A DNA stretch of 64,000 nucleotides, from contig CP075492.1 of assembly GCA_021613535.1 (NCBI GenBank), positions 8,432,001-8,496,000 of the forward strand. The letters are read 5' to 3'. The stretch comes from Adineta vaga (Eukaryota > Animalia > Rotifera). Shown here piece by piece: positions 56,278-64,000 of the stretch. Position numbers and translations under genes: made by a program. How positions within the stretch are numbered: position 1 is the first letter of the stretch; each line of letters opens with the position of its first letter. The notes under the pieces are model-generated. The model was not told the origin of the DNA. It made no database searches and was given only the letters and a program-made list of their open reading frames with translations.

Positions 56278-57834
56278 TCGATTTTATTTGAAAAATTTTA
56301 TTAGTTTTTATCTATAGATACATGTGATGAAATGGATCAATTGGATTGTTCATAAAAAATGAATACACATGGAGATATGTTTAATCTACTCATCGACTAA
56401 ATTAAACTGAATAGTGTTTGTTTCTTTTCCTATTTTGTCCTCTCTGTCTTTTGCAAAACAAAATTCAATGATGATATGCAACTAAAATAAACAAGATTAT
56501 GCTTTTCTTATTTTTTGAATATATGTACAATCTTGTTTTTATCTGAAAGAGATCAATCGATTCAAATATTGTTTTTTTGTCTCAAATGTCACATGCAATT
56601 TTACGGTTCGAATAATTAAAGTATTTGCGCAAAACGATATCACGCGTTTATTTCATGCACTTATCGAGAATTAGTCATCCAGTAATATGTCATATTGGAA
56701 TAAATAAATAAATCGATACATTGTCGAAAAATATAGAATTCAATTGTTTTACTTGATCTTATCATCATATATATTTATATAGAAAATTGAATAGAACTAC
56801 ATATTTTCCCATGATAATAATAGCGCCATCTATCATGCACATATCTTGTGTTAACATATATTTACTGAACTCATGAATTTCCGATGAAAAATTCAGATAG
56901 ATTCATCTAGATCTTCGATATCGTTTTTTCTATCATATTCGTTTTTACTCATATTAACGAGAAATCTTTAATAACATAGAAAATAATCGGATTTCTGTCA
57001 TTGAACTAACACCATAATGGAGGCAAAGGACTCTATGAAATGGCTGATCACATGTGATTAAATTATGTTTTTTTTGCGCTGTCTCTATCTTTATACGTAC
57101 ATTCGTTCTCATATGCATAGAACATCGTCAATGTCCTTTCATATCTCTAATATTTCGCATCATTGAACATACGTGAGTTATTTCGTATTTAAATTAATAT
57201 TCAAAACCTTTCTTCACTTCAAGGATATTTTAACTTGACAAAACAATTTCAAAGAAGGATTAGAAATGCATTTTTTTCTCTTGAATAATCATTTCTTTTT
57301 TTGGTATTATACGATAATCTATATGCGTTTACGTAGAATATCTTTGATAAATTTCGTTATGGAACATAAAAACTAGCTAAATGTCCTTTTTATGACCTTG
57401 GTTTCAAGTAACTGAATCTCAGATTGTTTTCGTTCGTTGTTGCTTCGCGCCCTACCGTCAAGAACAGAAAGAGAAAAAAAAGTTCTTTCTTCCTTCGTTA
57501 TGTATATATTCCTGTTTTCCTCGTGAGTCACTCTTCTCGTATGGTACAATGCTTCGTCACTATTACTTAAATGTTATTTAAAAAAAGCACTTTCACTTTC
57601 GCTTTCAGATTATTCTAATTTCAATTCTTCGACAAACTATCATTTCTTCATCTTTTGTGTTTAAGTAAGTGGAAAATCTTGCGAGGAAAATTCCTTACTA
57701 TAATTAATTCTTCTTTCACTCTTTTCTTTTTTATAGGTAGAACATTCTTTTATTGAATAAAATCAAGCTGCTGCCAAGTATACACTTGAAATTGAACTAC
57801 ACGTTGTTGAATATATATAATCACTAAATACCAG

Positions 57835-58776
57835 ATGGAACAACCAGAATCGAATCCAACGTTTTGTACAAATAATTGTGGGTTTTATGGATCGTCACAG
57901 TTTGAAGGAATGTGTTCAAAATGTTATCGTGATCATGTCAGTCGTTCATTAAATACTGGACGAACCAATTCATGTAACAGTAAGTTCCATTTTCGACATT
58001 TGTTTTTTGCTATTTGATATCAGATGAAAAACTTTTAGGCTATTATGCTTCTTCCAATACTCCTGTGACATCATCATCTCAAACACTTCTCCCTAACACA
58101 TCTACCAATGATGCTCAACAAATGAGAGATGATCAAGATGAAGTTATTGGCCGTATGGATGAAGATAATGATCTTCCTCAAATGGAATCAACAGTGAATC
58201 AAATGGATGATGATAACAGTGAATCACCTTTGGCTACTGACGAACAATCACCAACAACCAAAGAAGATAATGACCAACCTATTGATGAATCATCTGCTAG
58301 TCATATTAATCGTGTTGTTTCTGCTCCCACTATGCCAATCGTAATTTCAAGAAATATTGATATACCTGGAAAGAATGAATCAAATATTTCATTTTCAGTT
58401 ATGGAAACTAGTTCTCTAGGTAAATCGAACGTTTTCTTTCTTAAAAATTTCTTTTCCTTTTTTTAAATCATAGGAGCAGGTTCAATGTCTCCAGTGACTG
58501 CATCAAGTGTTGATAAGAAAAAACGTAATCGATGTACATGGCCAACCTGTAATAAAAAACTTGGATTGACCGGTACGATTAATTATTTTTCACTATTACA
58601 ATCGAGTACATTTTGTTCTTTCTTTAGGCTTCGATTGCCGTTGTGGAGGCCAATTTTGTCCACTACATCGTTATGCAAATGAACACAATTGCACATTTGA
58701 TTATAAAGAACATGGCCAAAATGAAATTCGTAAAAATATGCCTGTAGTACAAGCTGAACGTGTCCGAAGAATTTAA
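57835..58776 (+). CDS. A20/AN1 zinc-finger protein (ZFAND5/6-like)
   Basis: CTNNCGFYGS...GMCSKCY (A20); [40 protein letters not shown] (AN1). Confidence 0.93.
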
Positions 58777-59855
58777 ATCAATCAGTTTTTTTTTGAATAT
58801 CGAGGCATCAAAAGACATTGTATACTTATTATTTATTTCTAAAAGCGAAAGAGTGTTTCGTTTTTTGTTTGTCTTCTTTCACTTTCGTTTCTGTTCATAT
58901 AAACAATCCTTTCTTTTTCTTTTCTTCTTCTTCTTTTTTCTCTCTCTCTTTTTTTTGCATACGTAGAAGATGCGTTTCTCAATATCGCTTATTTACCGCG
59001 TTGGATTAACCTAAACCATACACGCACTCGTACAGTTTTTCTTTCCTTCTATATGTGTGTACAAAGATTGAGTGAAGTGTGTGTGTATCATTCTTTTATA
59101 GAAAAAAAACACGCAAGATGAAACAGAAGATATGTTTACAAAAAATATTTCAATCGGCTAAGAAAAAATCCTTTGTTTCTAGATCACTTTGGAAAAGTTT
59201 ATCCAAAACAATGATTTCAATGGAGAGAAAAACAGCAGATATTTAATATATATATACCTCGTGATAAATAATAGGAATACATATCAGAATCGTTGAATGC
59301 TTGATTTGAATGAAAGGATTATGTAATGTGGAGAAGAAGTCATAAAGTAGATTGATTTTGTGTGAGAAAAAAGCACATGGAAAGTTACTCAATGAAATCT
59401 GTAAAAATAAATTTCACATTACATATCTTCTCTCCTCTACTGGATATGAACTATTTTCGACGAAATCATTACGTAGGATGATCAGTTAAGAAGTATGAAG
59501 AAAATGAATTTTATTCCTGTTTGTTGTCTTACAGTGATTTGTACTATTATAAATTTTCTTCGTTTTCACCTATCGTAATTAGATGTCAAAGGTTGACGAA
59601 CTACTATGTCGGAAATTGATTCTCTTCATATTCTCAATATTTCTGCTTCAGGTGCAATACCTATCCAACCTTATTGACGTCAATAGCACTAATAACTTCA
59701 TCAAAAGGTAAATCTGAAATATGTTTTTGTGGGCGTATGTTCGCTTCTTAATGTATCAAACCGTGAAATGAACTATTAACGTATAAAATCATGTATAAAA
59801 AACATACGCATACACTTCTATTTCGATACTTGATACAACGACAGGTACTTTCTCA

Positions 59856-61158
59856 ATGCCAACTCGCACTTATCTAAAAAATCGAAGAAATAATAGAAAA
59901 TGTCGTCTCAATGGCATTGTAGCATCCCAACGTAAACCAGAGAAAGCAAAACTACAACGACATTTTCGTGATCATATGCAATTTAGTTATTCACAATTAC
60001 CACCCAAAGTCGATCTCCGATTTGATATGACACCTGTTGAAGATCAAGCAGATATTGCTAGTTGGTAATTATTTAATATTTTCTTAAATAACATAATGAC
60101 CTTAATACGTGAATAATCTTTTTCTAGTGTGGCAAATTCATTTGCTGGTAAACGATCGTCATTGTTTTTTCCTATTGATATAAATCTTTCCTTCTAGGTG
60201 CTTATGAATATTTGCTGAAGAAAACCAGTGGTTCTCATATTGATGTTAGTCGATTATTTATCTATTACAATGCTCGTGTCAAGGATGAAGAATCAGATGA
60301 TATCGATGATTCAGGTTGTACAATAACAGGTGCTATTGAATCATTGGAAGAATCTGGTACTTGTCTTGAATCTATTTGGCCTTATTATACAAAACGTGTG
60401 AATAAATGTCCAAGTGATTATGCATATGAAGCAGCAGAAGATAATAAAATAAGCGATGCGTTACAAGTAAATGTCGATCTTGTAGAAATGAAATCGTGTC
60501 TGGCACAAGGTTTTCCCTTTGTGTTCTGTATGAAATTGTTCAAATCATTTGATAAAGCAGGTCAGAAAGGTATTGTTCCATTGCCTAAAACAGGCGAAAA
60601 GAACCGATCATCTCATGGAAAGTCTGTATTGCAACAAAAAAGTTTACTAACGATTTACTGATGTTTTTCAGTCATGCCATGTTAGCTGTTGGATATAGTG
60701 ATCATTCAAAAGCATTTATTGTTCGCAACTCGTGGGGTGCAGATTGGGTAGGATAGATATTTTTATTGTTAAAGAGCTATTTGTTCTGCTATTAGGGTGA
60801 TAGAGGACACTGTTATATTCCATACGGTTATATGATTGATTCTGATCTTTGTTGGGATCCATGGGCAGTTCGAAAAATTGAGACCAATGATATGGGTTAT
60901 GAGAATTGGGATGATGAGGATGAAACTGATTATGGCGATGATGATGAAGAAGAAGGTGAGGACGAAGACGAAGACGAGGACAAAGACGAAGACGAAGACG
61001 AAGATGAAGAGGATGAAGAGGAAGATGATGATTGCGATATTGAAGAAGAAGAAGCAGAAGATGAAGATGAGGATGACGAAGAAGATGAAGACGAAGATGA
61101 AGACGAAGATGATGATGATGATGACGACGATGATGAAGAAGAAGATGATGATGAGTAA
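59856..61158 (+). CDS. Papain-family C1 cysteine protease, xylellain-like, copy 1, long acidic tail
   Basis: LPPKVDLR..VEDQ..ASC(split codon)VANS, SRLFIYYNAR, HAMLAVGY, VRNSWG. Confidence 0.9.
60909..61155 (+). repeat. GAN trinucleotide-rich tract encoding poly-Asp/Glu
   Basis: About 80 codons, almost all GAY/GAR. Confidence 0.9.
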
Positions 61159-61772
61159 CGAATATTAGAACATCGAAATAAATATTTAGGCTTATCCATT
61201 GTTACTATAAAATATATGTTACAGCTGTAGCTTTTGACATAGTTCTCTTTTTATCGTTGATTTCGTCATTTATCACAACGCTTTCTGAGCCCTAAGTTAT
61301 ATGAAATAACTTGTGGCCGTTTGAAACATTCATCACAATTATATTCACCATAAATAAGCAATCTTGCGCTATGACTCATTAAAATTTAATATCTAATATA
61401 TTTCTGCTTTTCATCACCGGACGATATAACCATTTAAATCCATAGTATATACGTATGTATTTCTTTTTCTACTTAACATTATTCATTACATGAGTAACCG
61501 AAAATATTTTCACGACAATTACGTATCCCTATCAAATACCATGCATTATTCATAGATAATGTGATTGACATTTTTTCTAATAACCGAGACACTGATAATC
61601 TCAATAGAACGCATGTATTGTTTTCATTAAACCATATGCGCACTGAAAAGAAACGATGCGTAGCGAACAAATAATAAAAAAGAGCAAACGTATTGACATA
61701 ATATCATAAATAAAAGCAGTTGATTACATTTATCATAACTAAGTTATTATTTGTATAATATAAAAACTATCA

Positions 61773-63004
61773 ATGCCTATTCGAACTTATTTAATCAACC
61801 AATTTAATAATAAGAAATGTCGACTGAACGGTATCAAACCATCAAAACGAATGCCTTACAAAGAAAAATTATGTCAACATTTTTCTGATTGTATTCAGTT
61901 GAATAATGATGAACTTCCACCAAAAGTTGACCTACGTTCTGAAATGACACCAGTGGAAGATCAATCCAGAGTTGGCAGTTGGTAAGATGAAAATTTTATT
62001 CATAAAAGTTCATTTAGTTTCTCTTTATCTCTTCTTTTAGTACAGCAAATTCACTTGCTGGTTTGAAAAATTATAACATATTTATATGTGTTCTATATTG
62101 CTGAATTTAGGTGCTTACGAATATATATTGAAAAAAACCAATGGATCTAATATTGATGTAAGTCGTTTATTTATTTATTATAATGGACGTGCTAAAAATA
62201 AAAATGCTTCAACTATAACTGATTCGGGTTGTACAATGACGAATGCTATTGAAGCATTAGAAGAATATGGTGTATGTCTTGAATCTGTTTGGCCGTATGA
62301 TATATCAGCAGTCAATAATCAACCTGATCAACAAGCCTATGAACAGGGAAAAGATCATCAAATTACGGGAGCTTTCAAAGTCAATATAGATTTAAATGAA
62401 ATGAAATCTTGTTTAGCACAAGGTTTTCCATTTGCGTTTGGTTTACGATTATACAAAACGTTTAATAGAGCAGCCAACACGGGTGTAGTACCTCAACCAG
62501 ATGCTGGTGATCAAGAACGAAGTGAACATGGCAGGTTTGACTTTATAGTATATTAACAATGATACAGAGATCGACTAAGTTTCATTTTCTTTCGTACTAG
62601 ACATGCAATGTTAGCAGTTGGTTATAGTGATCAATCACGAGCATTTATTGTTCGAAATTCATGGGGTGAAAGTTGGGTATAAAAGAAAGTTGACGAAGTT
62701 GAACATGTTTTCATTTGCTATTTATTTTTAGGGTGATGCAGGATATTGTTATATTCCATATGATTATATGACAAATCCTGCATATTGTTTTGATGTATGG
62801 ACTATTCGAGAATTAGAAACTAATGATATGGGTCATGAAAATTGGGATTATGATGATTCAATTGATTATCAAGAAAAACTTCAATACGATGGTGGTAATA
62901 ATAATGATGATGATAATGAAATTCGACAAATTCAAGAATATGGAGATGATGGTGATGATGATGATGATAATACCAGTACATCAAGTAGTAGTTCTTCAGA
63001 CTAA
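61773..63004 (+). CDS. Papain-family C1 cysteine protease, xylellain-like, copy 2
   Basis: EDQSRVGSC(split)TANSLAG, HAMLAVGY, VRNSWG; same intron positions as copy 1. Confidence 0.9.
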
Positions 63005-63457
63005 TATTAAGTTCTTTAACATGAATACAATAAAATATTTTACTTGTTTTTTCATATTATGAAACTATTAAATTACTAATAAATCTCGTAATCTTTCATA
63101 ATTACTTATGAGTCAATGAAGCCATTTATTTTCCTTTTACTTTCGATGCGCTACATCGCAGTTAAAATTTGATTTATAGATTCCATTGTATCTCTCGAAC
63201 GTCATAGATAACATCAAAGATGACAAATCAATGAAGTGTTAATAAGCCAACAGAAAAAAGAGAAGAAGAAGAAGAAATGCGTTCATCAATATATTAAGAT
63301 ACAACGATGTTCTAGGAAGAACGGAGAAAAAGACTAATTGTAGAGTGTACGACAAGTTGTCAACTCATTCGAAGGTATTTAACATCAGTCAACACATGAA
63401 AAATTTATCATTTATTTTGTTATTCTAACTTGGAAACGATTGTTACAAAAGATAGAC

Positions 63458-64000
63458 ATGGCATTAAAACGTTACTTATCAAGAAAATTTAGTGACCATA
63501 AACAACGTTTAACAAATATTCTACCAACAGTACATTTACGTCATAGAAAACGTTCAAAAGAATCTTTTCGTCATCATAGAATCTATAGAACTGATCAACT
63601 TCCACCAAAAGTTGATCTTCGACCAGATATGACCCCCATTGAAAATCAATTAGATCTGGGTAGTAGGTAAGTATTAGTCACAATAATTTCATTTTCTCTA
63701 AAGAAAAAAAATAAACTTCTTTTAGCGTAGCCAATTGTCTAGCTGGTATGCTAAATAATTCTTTCAAGAGGTATCATTCGTGTTCTGATTTTTTAAGGAG
63801 CTTATGAATATTTAACAAAGAAAGCAACGGGTTCTGATATTCATGTCAGTCGATTGTTTATCGATTACAATGCACGTATTCTCGGTTGTTCTTCGAGATT
63901 GATCACTGATTCGGGTTGTTCTGTTATCAATGGTATTGAAGCATTGGAAGAATTTGGTGTATGTCTTGAATCTCTTTGGCCGTACGATATCACATGTGTT
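63458..64000 (+). CDS. C1 protease copy 3 (partial, runs off the window), catalytic Cys->Ser
   Basis: LPPKVDLR..ENQLDLGS-AG|C(Ser)-VANCLAG; SRLFIDYNAR; same exon structure as copies 1 and 2. Confidence 0.85.

Noticed and set aside
60836-61199. Met/Lys/Thr-rich and poly-Ser ORFs
   Set aside because: Alternative-frame and antisense shadows of the GAN acidic tract.
59672-63115. CRE/AP-1 sites upstream of each protease copy (59675, 61372, 63109)
   Set aside because: Short motifs at non-equivalent positions; expected by chance in AT-rich DNA.

Overview
AT-rich, gene-dense eukaryotic (animal) DNA with many ~50-60 nt GT-AG introns. It is most consistent with a bdelloid rotifer; this is an inference from composition, intron size and gene mix, not from a database hit. 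Conserved genes: a MIEAP-domain gene with several candidate alternative first exons, PWP2, ATG4, rapsyn, HADH, DDX27, ERK/MAPK, LARP4, ARMC8 and an A20/AN1 zinc-finger gene. Less ordinary genes: a divergent K50 PRD-class homeobox, a glycosyltransferase of non-animal appearance, a secreted cystine-knot peptide missed by the ORF track, an IAP with seven BIR repeats plus a RING, and three tandem bacterial-type (xylellain-like) C1 cysteine proteases, the third with catalytic Cys->Ser. The most unusual structure is an accessory island at ~44-50.8 kb between ERK and LARP4. It holds two head-to-head intronless paralogues of an unrecognised protein on inverted arms whose non-coding 3' flanks are more alike than their coding regions. 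Between them lie a perfect 193-bp-arm hairpin and nested MITEs, one a hAT element with an intact 8-bp TSD. I recognised no tRNA, rRNA, CRISPR array or transposase. Exon boundaries and identities were read by eye.
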